A DNA stretch of 47,655 nucleotides from Campylobacterota bacterium (GCA_051746405.1 JBNJFB010000015.1:1-47655); one strand, 5' to 3'. Positions 1 to 10,412 are shown, counted from the first letter of the stretch. A program made the numbers and translations. Notes: generated by a model from the letters alone, not told the origin.

Positions 1-136
1 TAAAGCGGTAAAATGATTAAAAGTTTAAAAGATCTGCTTGATAAGTTTAGTAGGTTTATAAATTCACTAGTTTATGATGGTGGAATTTGCAAGCGGCTCT
101 TTGATATAATATTTTTTTTAAATTTCAAGGATAGAT

Positions 137-745
137 ATGAATAGATTTGACAAAGCAGCAAAAACATGGGATAAAAAACAATCTAGTATAGATAGTTCTA
201 ATGCTTGTGTTAATAATTTACTAAAAAAAGTAACATTAGCGAAAAACTCTAATATTTTAGATTATGGTTGTGGTACTGGGTTTATCGCTTTTGCTCTTAG
301 TAATAATACAAACAATATAATTGGAATGGACTACTCTGATGGTATGGTTGAAAAGTTTAATGAAAAAGCAAAAGAGTTAAAGTATGACAATATAAAAGCA
401 GTAAAGCACGATATGAACACTCAAGAGTTACCAAAAAATCAGTTTGATTTAGTAATATCATCTATGACTATGCATCATATAAAAGATACAAATATGTTTG
501 CAAAAAAGTGTTATGAAGCACTAAAAAAAGATGCAATAGTTTGTATAAATGATTTAGAAAAAGAGGATGGAAGCTTTCACAAAAAACACAACAACGATGG
601 AGTTGAACACTTTGGTTTTGAAAAAGAAAAAGTGTGTAAAATCTTTGAGAATCAAGGGTTTGAAATAATATCTTGTGATACAGTTTTCAAACATGAAAGA
701 AATGATAAAGAATACCCACTATTTAATCTAATAGCAAAAAAATAA
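137..745 (+). CDS. Class I SAM-dependent methyltransferase
   Basis: Motif I ILDYGCGTG, acidic GMD after beta2, FDLVISSMTMHH; AAGGA RBS; TGaTATAAT at about 102-110. Confidence 0.9.
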   Translation: MNRFDKAAKTWDKKQSSIDSSNACVNNLLKKVTLAKNSNILDYGCGTGFIAFALSNNTNNIIGMDYSDGMVEKFNEKAKELKYDNIKAVKHDMNTQELPKNQFDLVISSMTMHHIKDTNMFAKKCYEALKKDAIVCINDLEKEDGSFHKKHNNDGVEHFGFEKEKVCKIFENQGFEIISCDTVFKHERNDKEYPLFNLIAKK

Positions 746-754
746 AGGAATCAT

Positions 755-1549
755 ATGCAAGAAAAGTTCGTAATATTTGGAAATCCAGTAGCCCACTCAA
801 AATCACCACAAATGCAAAATGCAGGTTTTGAAGCACTAAACTATAATGGAGTTTATAAAAAACACCACTTAGAAGATGGAGCAACTATAAAAACTGCTTT
901 TTTAGAAAACTCATATAAAGGAGCAAATATCACAGTTCCACACAAAGAGTTTGCATACAAAAACGCCGATGAAGTAAGAGGGTTAGCAAACAAAATCCAA
1001 GCAGTAAACACATATATAAATGAAAATGGAAAGGTAATAGCATACAATACAGATGCACCAGGCTTCTTAAAAGCAATAGAGTCTTTTAAAGAGGTAAAAA
1101 ATGTACTACTTTTAGGAGCAGGAGGAACAGCAAAAGCAATCGCGCTTGCCTTGCAAGAAAAAGGAATAAAAGTAACCGTACTAAATAGAAGTGCAGGAAA
1201 ACTAGAGTTTTTTAAAAATGAAGGTATCACTTCATACTCATGGGATGATTTCAAACCAGAAGAGTACGACCTAGTAGTAAACTCAACAAGTGCAGGATTA
1301 AAAGATGAGCATCTTCCATGCGACAAAGAAATCTTAGAGCCAATCTTAGAAAAAGCCTCATTTGCTTTTGACTGTGTATATGGAAAAATCACACCATTTT
1401 TAGCACTAGCAAAACAAAATGACTGTGAGATAAAAGATGGTGAAGATATGCTGCTTTTCCAAGGTGTTTTAGCCTTTGAATATTTCACAAAACAAAATGT
1501 TGGTGATGATGTGGTTGAAGCTATGAGAAAAGGCTTAAAAGGAGAGTAA
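755..1549 (+). CDS. aroE: Shikimate dehydrogenase
   Basis: GNPVAHSKSP, NITVPHK, AVNT, NTDAPG, LGAGGTA, NRS, DGEDMLLFQG motifs. Confidence 0.96.
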   Translation: MQEKFVIFGNPVAHSKSPQMQNAGFEALNYNGVYKKHHLEDGATIKTAFLENSYKGANITVPHKEFAYKNADEVRGLANKIQAVNTYINENGKVIAYNTDAPGFLKAIESFKEVKNVLLLGAGGTAKAIALALQEKGIKVTVLNRSAGKLEFFKNEGITSYSWDDFKPEEYDLVVNSTSAGLKDEHLPCDKEILEPILEKASFAFDCVYGKITPFLALAKQNDCEIKDGEDMLLFQGVLAFEYFTKQNVGDDVVEAMRKGLKGE

Positions 1550-1564
1550 ATTTACTCTTCTTTT
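1537..1564. terminator. Bidirectional intrinsic terminator between aroE and ccdB
   Basis: Inverted repeat aaaaggagagtaaa/tttactcttctttt between convergent genes. Confidence 0.65.
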
Positions 1565-1573
1565 AAAATCTTA

Positions 1574-1879
1574 TTAAAACCCATAAATCAGAAAATCAAT
1601 AGAGTTTTTAATATCTTCTTTTTGACTATCTAAAGAACAAACCTTTTCATTTAGTTCATTTAATAAAACTGTACCTATTTGAGAAGTTACTAAATAAACC
1701 TTTTCATCATTTACAACTAACTCTTTTATTAAACCATTAAATACTTTTTTATCTCTAGATAGAGGAACTACAACTCTTGTATTTAGATGTTTTAGTACAT
1801 CACTTTGTACATCTATAAGATATGGTGTTTTTTTATTTGTTCTTGGATTGTCATTTTTATATACATCAAATTGAGCCAT
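1574..1879 (-). CDS. ccdB: CcdB family toxin (gyrase poison family)
   Basis: MAQFDVYKN, PYLIDVQSD, TRVVVPL, C-terminal IDFLIYGF; 101 aa. Confidence 0.9.
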   Translation of the reverse strand: MAQFDVYKNDNPRTNKKTPYLIDVQSDVLKHLNTRVVVPLSRDKKVFNGLIKELVVNDEKVYLVTSQIGTVLLNELNEKVCSLDSQKEDIKNSIDFLIYGF

Positions 1880-2121
1880 TAGAACATCCTACTATCTTTT
1901 AGTATTAATCCCTCTTTTTCTACTTCTTTGTTATAAGCATCAATAGCTTCTTTATTTTCTTTGTACCACTGCTCTGCTTTTTCTTCTTTTGAAGCAATAT
2001 TTAAATAACTAGTTAATGCTTCTCTAATAATCTGACTCTTCTTTTTCCCTTGATTTAAAGCTGCATTATCTAGTTCTGAAAGTATAAATTCTTCTAGTGT
2101 AATTGTCATTTTTCTAGTCAT
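1879..2121 (-). CDS. ccdA: CcdA family antitoxin with N-terminal ribbon-helix-helix domain
   Basis: RKMTITL...KSQIIREAL (RHH) plus WYKENKEAIDAYN (CcdA motif); start set at ATG 2121 after AAGGA; stop overlaps ccdB start. Confidence 0.85.
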   Translation of the reverse strand: MTRKMTITLEEFILSELDNAALNQGKKKSQIIREALTSYLNIASKEEKAEQWYKENKEAIDAYNKEVEKEGLILKDSRMF

Positions 2122-2440
2122 TTTAAATCCTTTACCATATTTTACCATATAATTTATAAACTTTATTATTTTCTCTTTTTGAAAACTATCTTTTAATTTT
2201 TTACTTAATAAACTAGTCTATAATCTATTATTATTTGTGTTTTTTTATTACTTAGTTCAATGTTATCCATAAAAAACTTCACTTTTAGAACTGTTTACAT
2301 AACTATTATATGAAGATAAGATATTCTCTTATACTTTTGAGTATTTTGATGCTTGTTCAATTCCTACGGTTTAAACTTTTTCTTCTTTTAAATAAAAATT
2401 ACGGTAAAATATACTATAAAACTAAAATGAAAGAGAAAAT

Positions 2441-2749
2441 TTGAAAAAAACATTTAAATTAGATGATGGGAAAAGACATCCCGATAGAATTATTGATGCT
2501 ATAAAGCATGAGGTTAGAAAATATATCAAAAGAGAAAAAAACAAAAAGCTACCCTCTGGAGTTGATTATTGGAAATTTGAGTGCAAAAGTGCTATAAACG
2601 AAGAAGAGCCTAAAAAAATTGATTTTTTAGATATTACGAAAGCGATTGATAATGCTTCGTCAAATAAAGCTGATAGTCTGTACTTAGAAATAATAGCTAC
2701 TCATGGTCATAAGCTAGATAAAACAACACAAGAAGATACAAGAAAGTAG
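2441..2749 (+). CDS. DUF6172-like conserved hypothetical protein
   Basis: MKKTFKL...IKHEVRKYIKRE..KKLP.GVDYW.F pattern; TTG start. Confidence 0.65.
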   Translation: MKKTFKLDDGKRHPDRIIDAIKHEVRKYIKREKNKKLPSGVDYWKFECKSAINEEEPKKIDFLDITKAIDNASSNKADSLYLEIIATHGHKLDKTTQEDTRK

Positions 2750-2753
2750 ATTT

Positions 2754-3257
2754 ATGAGTGCTATTACACTTTCTATTATAGGAACACTATCGGTTATTTT
2801 AAACGGCATTGGTATGTCCTATACAAACCCTGCAAAATCAAAATTTTTTGTAGGATTAGCTGTAACTTTTATTATTCCAGATTTATATTATAGTGGTGGT
2901 ATTCATGGAGCTTTACAATCTATTGTAATAGCTATTTTGTTTTTTCTTGGAAGTTTAGAATTAAATAAGGTAGAAAAGATTGTAAAGTATTTTTTACCTA
3001 TTTTTACGCTTTACTTACTTTTTAAACTACAAGAGCCAATAGGAACACTTTTAGTAATTGCAGGAATAACAACAACATTAGCAACTATTGCAAAAAACAA
3101 CTATGATGTAAAAAGATTACTTTTTGTATCTCTTTTTTGCTGGGGTGCTTATGGTATTTATTATCAAGCTTGGTTTACAGTTGCATTTGATACTCTTGGC
3201 CTTGCTGGAATTATCTACTCACTGTACAAAGAGAAAAAGTCTAAAAACCAAATTTAA
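2754..3257 (+). CDS. Small polytopic membrane protein (YgjV-like)
   Basis: About 6 hydrophobic segments; R.L...LFCW.AY motif near C-terminus. Confidence 0.55.
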   Translation: MSAITLSIIGTLSVILNGIGMSYTNPAKSKFFVGLAVTFIIPDLYYSGGIHGALQSIVIAILFFLGSLELNKVEKIVKYFLPIFTLYLLFKLQEPIGTLLVIAGITTTLATIAKNNYDVKRLLFVSLFCWGAYGIYYQAWFTVAFDTLGLAGIIYSLYKEKKSKNQI

Positions 3258-3343
3258 GTTAGTTTTTCATTAGCTTTATAGCTACTTTTTTGTAATATAC
3301 TTTCAAAATTATAGAAATTATTGTTGTGCAAAGGATTAAAAAC

Positions 3344-4009
3344 TTGAAGAAAAAAAATCATATAAAAAAAATATCAGATTATGCAATGGTTGGCGGGCTT
3401 GGTGCTATTTTAGTTACAGGTTTAGTTGGTTGTGATACAAAAACTAATAACAACCAACAACAAGCACAAAGTGATACTTTTTCAACCGCTTCTCAAAAGC
3501 AAGATGCTTTTGTAGTTATTGAAGAGTTAAAAGATGGTAGCTATGTTATTGCAGATGAATTTCCTGCAGCAAAAACTACAATAGTTTTAAGAAAACCTGA
3601 TGGTACTGAGAGAATACTTTCAGATGAAGAGATACAAAAGCTAATAAAAGAAGAAGAAAAAAAGATTGACAATGGAACATCTGCTCTTACAAACTCAGAA
3701 GTATCAAATGGTGGTATGGGACTTGGAGGGGTTTTACTATCATCTATTGCAGGGGCTATGATTGGTTCATGGCTTGGAAATAAACTATTTAATAACCAAA
3801 ACTTTCAAAACCAAAGAAAAGCCCAATACAAATCTCCACAAACCTATAGTAGATCACAAAGTTCATTTAAAAATACAGCTAGTTCAGCTAGCAAAACAAG
3901 CTCTACTAAGAAAAGTGGCTTTTTTGGAAGTAGCTCATCAAATACTAAAAAATCTACTAGTTCATTTTTTGGAAGTAAGTCTTCTAGTAGAAGATCATTT
4001 GGTGGATAG
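3344..4009 (+). CDS. UPF0323 family lipoprotein (Cj0371-like)
   Basis: KISDY..GGLGA, lipobox LVGC, LLSSIAGAMIGSWLGNKLF, Ser/Gly-rich SGFFG tail; TTG 3344 follows AAGGA. Confidence 0.85.
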   Translation: MKKKNHIKKISDYAMVGGLGAILVTGLVGCDTKTNNNQQQAQSDTFSTASQKQDAFVVIEELKDGSYVIADEFPAAKTTIVLRKPDGTERILSDEEIQKLIKEEEKKIDNGTSALTNSEVSNGGMGLGGVLLSSIAGAMIGSWLGNKLFNNQNFQNQRKAQYKSPQTYSRSQSSFKNTASSASKTSSTKKSGFFGSSSSNTKKSTSSFFGSKSSSRRSFGG

Positions 4010-4012
4010 GGT

Positions 4013-5191
4013 ATGAAATTAAAAAAACTAGAACCACTAACAAATGAGTATTTAGAGTCAATTGGCTTTATATGGCATACAGATGAAGATGATACTTCTT
4101 ATATCTCAAATGAGGTAGTAGAGATTACAGAAGATGAAGCACAAGCTTATTATGAAGCTACAAATGAACTTTATGATATGTTTTGTGAGGCAGGTGATTA
4201 TGTGGTGGAAAATAATCTATTTCATGAGTTAAATATTCCTTTTAATTTAGTTGATATGATTAAAGAGTCATGGGAAAATGATGTACATTGGCATTTATAT
4301 TCAAGATTTGATTTAGCAGGTGGAATTGATGGTAAACCAATAAAACTTATAGAGTATAACGCAGATACACCAACATCACTATTTGAAACTGCAATAATTC
4401 AATGGGCTTTATTAAAAGCAAATGGTCTAAATGAGGCTAGTCAGTTTAATAATCTATATGAAGCATTAGTGGATAACTTTAAAAGAATAATAACTTTAGA
4501 TACAGATGTAGAAAAGTTTGAAGAGCATTATGAAAATCTAGGCTGGAAAATACTTTTTTCATCTATTAGCTCATCAATTGAAGATGAAAATACTACAAAA
4601 CTTTTACAACATATAGCAAATGAAGCAGGTTTTAATACTGACTTTGAATATATTGATAAAGTTGAGTTTAACGATGATGGTATTTTTGCCCATGATAAAA
4701 GCTATGAGTTTTGGTTTAAGCTTATTCCTTGGGAAGATATTGCTATTGATGAAAGTGAACTAGCACTTATCTTAACTACTATTTTAGAGAATAGAAATGC
4801 AATTATTTTTAACCCTGCTTATACAATTATGTTCCAATCTAAAGGGTTTATGAAAATATTATGGGATTTATACCCAAATCATCCTTTATTATTAGAAACT
4901 TCATTTGAGCCACTTAAAAATAAAAAACAAGTTGAAAAAAGATGTTTTGGTCGTGAGGGTGCAAATACTAAAATAATAAATGAAGATGGAAGTATTGAAG
5001 CACAAACAGGTGGTGTTTATGAAGGGCACAAAGCTATCTATCAAGAGTATGTACAACTTCCAGTTGATGATCAAGGTAACTCATACCAAGCTGGTGTATT
5101 TTATGCATATGAAGCATCTGCCTTAGGTTTTAGAAAAGGCTCAATTATACTAGATAATATGTCTAAGTTCGTAGGACATATCATAAATTGA
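4013..5191 (+). CDS. Glutathionylspermidine synthase family ATP-grasp protein
   Basis: YSRFDL, KLIEYNADTPT, FKLIPWE, FGREGAN, FVGH. Confidence 0.92.
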   Translation: MKLKKLEPLTNEYLESIGFIWHTDEDDTSYISNEVVEITEDEAQAYYEATNELYDMFCEAGDYVVENNLFHELNIPFNLVDMIKESWENDVHWHLYSRFDLAGGIDGKPIKLIEYNADTPTSLFETAIIQWALLKANGLNEASQFNNLYEALVDNFKRIITLDTDVEKFEEHYENLGWKILFSSISSSIEDENTTKLLQHIANEAGFNTDFEYIDKVEFNDDGIFAHDKSYEFWFKLIPWEDIAIDESELALILTTILENRNAIIFNPAYTIMFQSKGFMKILWDLYPNHPLLLETSFEPLKNKKQVEKRCFGREGANTKIINEDGSIEAQTGGVYEGHKAIYQEYVQLPVDDQGNSYQAGVFYAYEASALGFRKGSIILDNMSKFVGHIIN

Positions 5192-5256
5192 TACAAAAAT
5201 AAGAAAAATATGGTACTATATAATAGTTCAAAATAATTTTTTAATTGGAGCTTTTT

Positions 5257-6342
5257 ATGAATAGTGTTTTAGCTTTAGAAGAACTTATCAAAGAAGAAGA
5301 ACAAAGAGTAAGCTTACTTCAAAAACAGATATCAATGCATGAATCAGGGGAAAATAAACTTTCTCGTTTAGGTTTTGCTTCCACAGAAAACTCCCTTGAT
5401 GAAACCCGTGAAAAACTTGAAAAACATAAGCAGATGTATGAAGAGCTAATGAAACAAGACTTAAAAGAGCTCGAAGAAAAAGAGAAGCTAGAAGAAGCTA
5501 TTAGAAGAAAGAAATATTTTGAAAACCAAAATCTAAGAATAAAAAACAATACCCAAAGACCTGATGACCAAAAACTAGAAGCTATGATGATTTTAGATGA
5601 GTTACCAAATGAAGTTAACTTTGAAGATGATGAACTATTTGAAATAGCAGATAAATCATTAGAATTAAATCTAAAAGACCATAAAGAATTAAGAGATGAA
5701 CTATCCAAAATAAGACAAGATTTTGAATCAAAATTAAAAAACTGCAAAGATGAAAAACTATGCGGGATAGAACTTCTAAATGTAAGAATACCTATACTTA
5801 TACTGCACTTTAGTGTTTTATTAAAAAATATAGAAAATAATTTTGTACCAAAAGAAGATAGTAAAGATAGTAAAGATAATAAAGAGACAAACAAAGAAGA
5901 TGAAAGTAAACAAGAAACAAACAATACTCCAAAGAAAAAATTCAATGGATTCCCAAAGTACCAAGACTGGTGGATTCATGAGCTTTGGAATTCCCATCAA
6001 GCATATTTTGCACTATATAAATTCAAATCAATTATTATGAATCTATGTAAAACAGGAGAGCAAAAGAGGTCATGGTCAAAAATATTTGATGAGTGGGTAT
6101 TTACTAAAAAAACATTAGCTGATAAAGGTGAAATGGCATATGATTATCATTTTGCTTTAGATGCTTTACTTCATAAATATGCAAAACTAGATGAGGAGCT
6201 TGAGGATAAAAACTTAGAATCAATAGAACGAATCATAAAAGAGATTACTAAAAAAGAAGATTTTACAAAGATGCCTAAAAATCACTCAATAGTAACTGAA
6301 TATCTTAATTTTAAAAAGAAAAAACTCTCACAAGAGCAATAG
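5257..6342 (+). CDS. Hypothetical coiled-coil protein
   Basis: Long ORF with Glu/Lys-rich N-terminus; GGAG RBS before ATG 5257. Confidence 0.75.
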   Translation: MNSVLALEELIKEEEQRVSLLQKQISMHESGENKLSRLGFASTENSLDETREKLEKHKQMYEELMKQDLKELEEKEKLEEAIRRKKYFENQNLRIKNNTQRPDDQKLEAMMILDELPNEVNFEDDELFEIADKSLELNLKDHKELRDELSKIRQDFESKLKNCKDEKLCGIELLNVRIPILILHFSVLLKNIENNFVPKEDSKDSKDNKETNKEDESKQETNNTPKKKFNGFPKYQDWWIHELWNSHQAYFALYKFKSIIMNLCKTGEQKRSWSKIFDEWVFTKKTLADKGEMAYDYHFALDALLHKYAKLDEELEDKNLESIERIIKEITKKEDFTKMPKNHSIVTEYLNFKKKKLSQEQ

Positions 6343-6379
6343 ATATTATAAAGTATAATACCTATTTTCTTGGGACTTT

Positions 6380-7300
6380 TTACCAATCTGCTTGAAACTC
6401 TAATTCACTATATGCATCAAAAACATTTCTTGAGTTTAACTCATCATATAAAGCCTTATCTTTAAACTCTTCTAGTTTAACAACATTTGTTACATTAGCT
6501 GCACCCACATCGTTTTCAATAGCTTCTAATACTCTTTGCTTCAATAAAGTAAAATACTTAACTGTCTCATCAATTGCACTTTTAGAAGTATCATATCCAT
6601 GACCTGGAACTAATGTATCCCATTTTCTTTCTTTTATCATATCAAGAGCTTTAAGTGAACCTAATACTGTACCATCTCTATTAGAAGTTACTCTTCCATT
6701 CATAACTATATCACCACTAAATAGTATTTTATCAGATGGCAAATATACAAATAACTCATCTGATGTATGAGCTTTTACACCTGTGGGTACTATTACAAAC
6801 TCTTTATTTCCAAACTTTTTAGTTACTGTTGAGTCTATTACTTCATCTAGTTGTACTAGTTTTGTTCCTTTTAATTGCTCTTCATTTAAAACACTAAATA
6901 CTCTTGTATCTTTTTTTTGTTTAACTTGAGCATCAATACTTGTAGTACCTATTATTTGACTATTAAATCTCTCCTTAAAAAAGCTATTACCTAGCCAATG
7001 GTCATCATGACCATGAGTATTTAACACAGCTAACACAGGCATTTTCTCAATTTTTTTAATTGCTTCATATGATTGCTTTGCAAGATTATAGTTTGAACCA
7101 CTATCAACAACAACATACCCATCTTTAGTTTTCACATAACAAAAGTTTGACATAAAAGCACCATTTTCTTTACTTGGTGCTTCAAGATTCCCTAAAAAAC
7201 ACCATGTCTGCTCACTTACTTGCTTTGGTTTTAAATCATATTCAAAACCAAATGAAACAGTTGCACTTAAAATAAGTGTTGCTAAAACTTTATTTATCAT
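6380..7300 (-). CDS. Periplasmic MBL-fold metallo-hydrolase (SoxH-like)
   Basis: Signal peptide, VVDSG, THGHDDH, AHT, FSGD, VPGHG; start ATG 7300 with AAGGA. Confidence 0.85.
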   Translation of the reverse strand: MINKVLATLILSATVSFGFEYDLKPKQVSEQTWCFLGNLEAPSKENGAFMSNFCYVKTKDGYVVVDSGSNYNLAKQSYEAIKKIEKMPVLAVLNTHGHDDHWLGNSFFKERFNSQIIGTTSIDAQVKQKKDTRVFSVLNEEQLKGTKLVQLDEVIDSTVTKKFGNKEFVIVPTGVKAHTSDELFVYLPSDKILFSGDIVMNGRVTSNRDGTVLGSLKALDMIKERKWDTLVPGHGYDTSKSAIDETVKYFTLLKQRVLEAIENDVGAANVTNVVKLEEFKDKALYDELNSRNVFDAYSELEFQADW

Positions 7301-8258
7301 TTTTACTCTTCCTTTTATAATTTTTAATATATTCATCTACTATAGAAAAATCGATACTGTTTTTAAACTCTATTTCTAAGTTCATTAAATATATATTTTT
7401 TAATCTAAATTTTTGCAGTTTTACAAAATCTTTTGCAGTGGTTACTATACCATAGTTTGGATAACTATTTTCTATTTTCTCAATATCACTTTTTGTAAAA
7501 TTATGATGATCTGGAAAACTTATCATCTCTATATTAGAAGGCAAATACTCAAGTAACCTTTTTGGTTTTGAAATTGCTGTTAAAAGTACTGTATTAGTAG
7601 GTAAAGTTGTTGCTTCTAAATCTTTTGTGATTGTAACCACTCTTTTAAAATCCCTACCCTCTTTTAGTTCCATATCCGCATAAAAATAGAAACTTTTAGG
7701 CTCTCTATAGCATCCACTTGGAAGACAAAATATATTAGTAGGCTCTAGTTCTGGTCTTAACAATATATTAAATTTTTCAATATGGTACTTAGAGAAACCA
7801 TCATCTAAAAAAACAACTTCACAACCTAAATCTTTTGCTTTTTGTATAGCTTTTACTCTATTTTCACTAACTATAACTGTGGCATTTGGCAATGCATTTG
7901 CTAAAACTCTAGCTTCATCTCCACTAATACTAGTATTATTTTCTAAAAGTACGCCACTTTTTGATACCACATATAAGCCTTTTGACTCTCTTCCATATCC
8001 TCTTAAAATCACACAAGGATTATTGTATTTTGAAGCAAGAGCTATTGTAATAGGTGTTTTTCCACTTCCACCTACTACTATATTCCCTATTGATACTATT
8101 GGAATACCTAGTCTTATCTCTTTTGCCATAGCTCTTTTTGTCATAATAATAAACATATATATAAAGGTTAAAGGAAGCAATAAAAAAGATATTAGTTTTT
8201 GAAAAGCATTAGGATAGAAAAGATACTCTTCTACCCATGTATAAAATTTTTGTTTCAA
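7290..8258 (-). CDS. lpxK: Tetraacyldisaccharide 4'-kinase
   Basis: SIGNIVVGGSGKTP, LRGYG, GDEA, LDDGF, FPDHH, TTAKD. Confidence 0.95.
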   Translation of the reverse strand: MKQKFYTWVEEYLFYPNAFQKLISFLLLPLTFIYMFIIMTKRAMAKEIRLGIPIVSIGNIVVGGSGKTPITIALASKYNNPCVILRGYGRESKGLYVVSKSGVLLENNTSISGDEARVLANALPNATVIVSENRVKAIQKAKDLGCEVVFLDDGFSKYHIEKFNILLRPELEPTNIFCLPSGCYREPKSFYFYADMELKEGRDFKRVVTITKDLEATTLPTNTVLLTAISKPKRLLEYLPSNIEMISFPDHHNFTKSDIEKIENSYPNYGIVTTAKDFVKLQKFRLKNIYLMNLEIEFKNSIDFSIVDEYIKNYKRKSKNDK

Positions 8259-8264
8259 GTTTTT

Positions 8265-9407
8265 TTATATCCACTGTGAAGCTACATCAATAACTTGGTC
8301 ACAAACATAGTTTACCTCTTCGTCTGTAAGACCTGCATACATTGGAAGTGATAAGATTTGTTGGTAGTTATTAAGTGCATTTGAATATGCTGTTATTTTA
8401 ATAGAGTATTTTGTTTTGTAGTATGATAATAGATGTAGCGGTATGTAGTTTAGTCCCGTTGCTACTCCCCTATTTTTCAACTCTCTTGCAAAAGCATCTC
8501 TATTTCTTGAGATTTTTACAATAAACTGAGTAAATATATGCTCATCTTTGTGTGGAGGAATAGTAATATGTTTTACTCCTGTTAGTCTCTTTTCATAAAG
8601 TGCAGCTATCTCTTTTCTTCTTTTTATAAATTTCTTTGTTTTATTTAATTGAGCTAGTGCATAAGCTGCATCTAACTCTGATAAATCGTATTTATGACCT
8701 ATATCAACCACATCATAAACATAGTCTAAGTTACCATAATTATCATATGTAGTTGTTAAAGCATGGGTTCTAAGAAGTCTTGCTCTAGATGCTATCTCTT
8801 CATTATTTGTTACTATTATACCTGATCTTGAAATAGCATACTTTGAGTTAGATGGATTAGTAGAAAAAATAGTCATATCAGCTTTTAAATTTCCTACATT
8901 TTTTCCATTGTAAGTTGCACCCAAAGATGATCTACAATCTTCTATTAGGATTATTCCATATTTTTGTGCAATCTCATAAATTCTGTCTAAATTTGGTGTT
9001 TGACCACCTACAAAAGTAATAATTGCACCTCTTAATTTTTTAGAGTTATTTTTTTCAAGTGCTTGTTCAAACTTATCAACATCGATATTCATATCTTCCA
9101 TATCAATATCAATAAAAACAGGTTCTGCATCAAAGTGTCTAACACATTCAGGTAGATTCACAAAAGAGTTTACAGACATTAAAATTTTATCACCTCTTTT
9201 AAGTTTTATAGCACTTAATGCAAGATGAATAGCAGCAGTTGATGTTGCTGTAGCAACTGCATATTTTGCACCTATAAACTCTTTCATTTTACTTTCAAAC
9301 TCCAAAACCTTTGATAAGTCATCTTTTGACTCTAAAACACTTCTTATTTGGTTTAGCTCATCACTATCTAAAGATGCTTTATATATTGCTACTTCTCTTT
9401 TTTTCAT
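8265..9407 (-). CDS. DegT/DnrJ/EryC1/StrS family PLP-dependent aminotransferase (divergent active site)
   Basis: FESKMKEFIGAKYAVA..TSTAAIHLAL, PVFIDID, LIEDC, GHKY, LSLPMY. Confidence 0.88.
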   Translation of the reverse strand: MKKREVAIYKASLDSDELNQIRSVLESKDDLSKVLEFESKMKEFIGAKYAVATATSTAAIHLALSAIKLKRGDKILMSVNSFVNLPECVRHFDAEPVFIDIDMEDMNIDVDKFEQALEKNNSKKLRGAIITFVGGQTPNLDRIYEIAQKYGIILIEDCRSSLGATYNGKNVGNLKADMTIFSTNPSNSKYAISRSGIIVTNNEEIASRARLLRTHALTTTYDNYGNLDYVYDVVDIGHKYDLSELDAAYALAQLNKTKKFIKRRKEIAALYEKRLTGVKHITIPPHKDEHIFTQFIVKISRNRDAFARELKNRGVATGLNYIPLHLLSYYKTKYSIKITAYSNALNNYQQILSLPMYAGLTDEEVNYVCDQVIDVASQWI

Positions 9408-9411
9408 AAAT

Positions 9412-10173
9412 TTAACTCCAATTAATCTTAGCTATTGTAGGTAGTTTACCCTTGAAAGCATTTGCTTTTATTCTCTTTTGTAACATATCTATAAGCTTTT
9501 CATCAAAGCCTTGCTTTATAAGTTCATCTTTTGATTTATTCTCTTCAATCATTGGTTTTAACACACTATCCATTTGTGCATAAGAGTATCCAAGCTCATT
9601 TTCATCACTTTGTCCCTCCCAAAGGTCTGCACTTGGTGCTTTATTTATTATAGACTCTGTAACTTTTAAATACTTAGCAAACTCATACTCATCACTTTTG
9701 TAAATCTCACCAATTGGGTTTATTGCACATGCAATATCTCCAAATATAGTTCCATATCCTAAAAGCAGTTCACTTTTATTTGAAGTACCAATAACAAGTG
9801 ATTTTTCCCTTGAGGAGATATCATAAAGTACTGACATTCTCATTCTTGCACTAAAGTTTCCAATTCTTAAGTCATCACTGTCCATTTTATCAATAAATGC
9901 ACTTACCATAGGCTCTATACTTATAGTTTCATATTTTATATCAAACTTTTCACAAAGCTGTTTTGCATCATCTATTGAAGCTTTTGAAGAGAATTGTGAG
10001 GGCATTAAAACACAATTTAAATTATCACCAAAAGCCTCTTTACATAAAACTGCAACAACTGCTGAGTCAAGTCCACCTGACAATCCAACTGTTACTTTTT
10101 CTAATCCAGTTTTATCAACTTCTTGTTTCAAAAAAGTTATTAACTGTTCTTTAATATCTTTCCAATTTATCAA
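9412..10173 (-). CDS. nadE: NH3-dependent NAD+ synthetase
   Basis: GLSGGLDS, NFSARMRM, GTSNKSE, PSADLW. Confidence 0.96.
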   Translation of the reverse strand: MINWKDIKEQLITFLKQEVDKTGLEKVTVGLSGGLDSAVVAVLCKEAFGDNLNCVLMPSQFSSKASIDDAKQLCEKFDIKYETISIEPMVSAFIDKMDSDDLRIGNFSARMRMSVLYDISSREKSLVIGTSNKSELLLGYGTIFGDIACAINPIGEIYKSDEYEFAKYLKVTESIINKAPSADLWEGQSDENELGYSYAQMDSVLKPMIEENKSKDELIKQGFDEKLIDMLQKRIKANAFKGKLPTIAKINWS

Positions 10174-10199
10174 AACTATATCCTTTATTATAGGGTATA

Positions 10200-10412
10200 T
10201 TATAACTCATTTTTTTTTGTTTTTTCATAAAGTTCGTCTAAAAAATCAACATTACTCTTATTTATACTCTTTTTTTTATTTAGAAGCTGTTTTTTTATAT
10301 CTTCTAATTCATCAGTTTCAAAATAGTCTAAATAGTTTGGATTTATTTCAATCTTCTCTTCTTTTGATATTTTAATTAACTCTTTTATCTCTTCTATTAG
10401 CTCTTCTTTCAT
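10200..10412 (-). CDS. Small hypothetical protein
   Basis: 70 aa ORF tightly packed in the operon with GAG RBS. Confidence 0.65.
   Translation of the reverse strand: MKEELIEEIKELIKISKEEKIEINPNYLDYFETDELEDIKKQLLNKKKSINKSNVDFLDELYEKTKKNEL

Noticed and set aside
13..144. 43-aa ORF at the window start
   Set aside because: No clear RBS or motif; overlaps the methyltransferase promoter
853..1488. 211-aa antisense ORF over aroE (likewise 5319-5945, 7879-8202, 32694-33020, 40042-40350 and other shadow ORFs)
   Set aside because: They lie opposite or out of frame to well-supported genes and have no recognisable motifs
2160..2400. Possible decayed gene upstream of ccdA
   Set aside because: Only short interrupted frames with no recognisable product
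5853..5885. 9-bp tandem repeat (aaagatagt-like)
   Set aside because: Only about three imperfect in-frame units in a low-complexity linker
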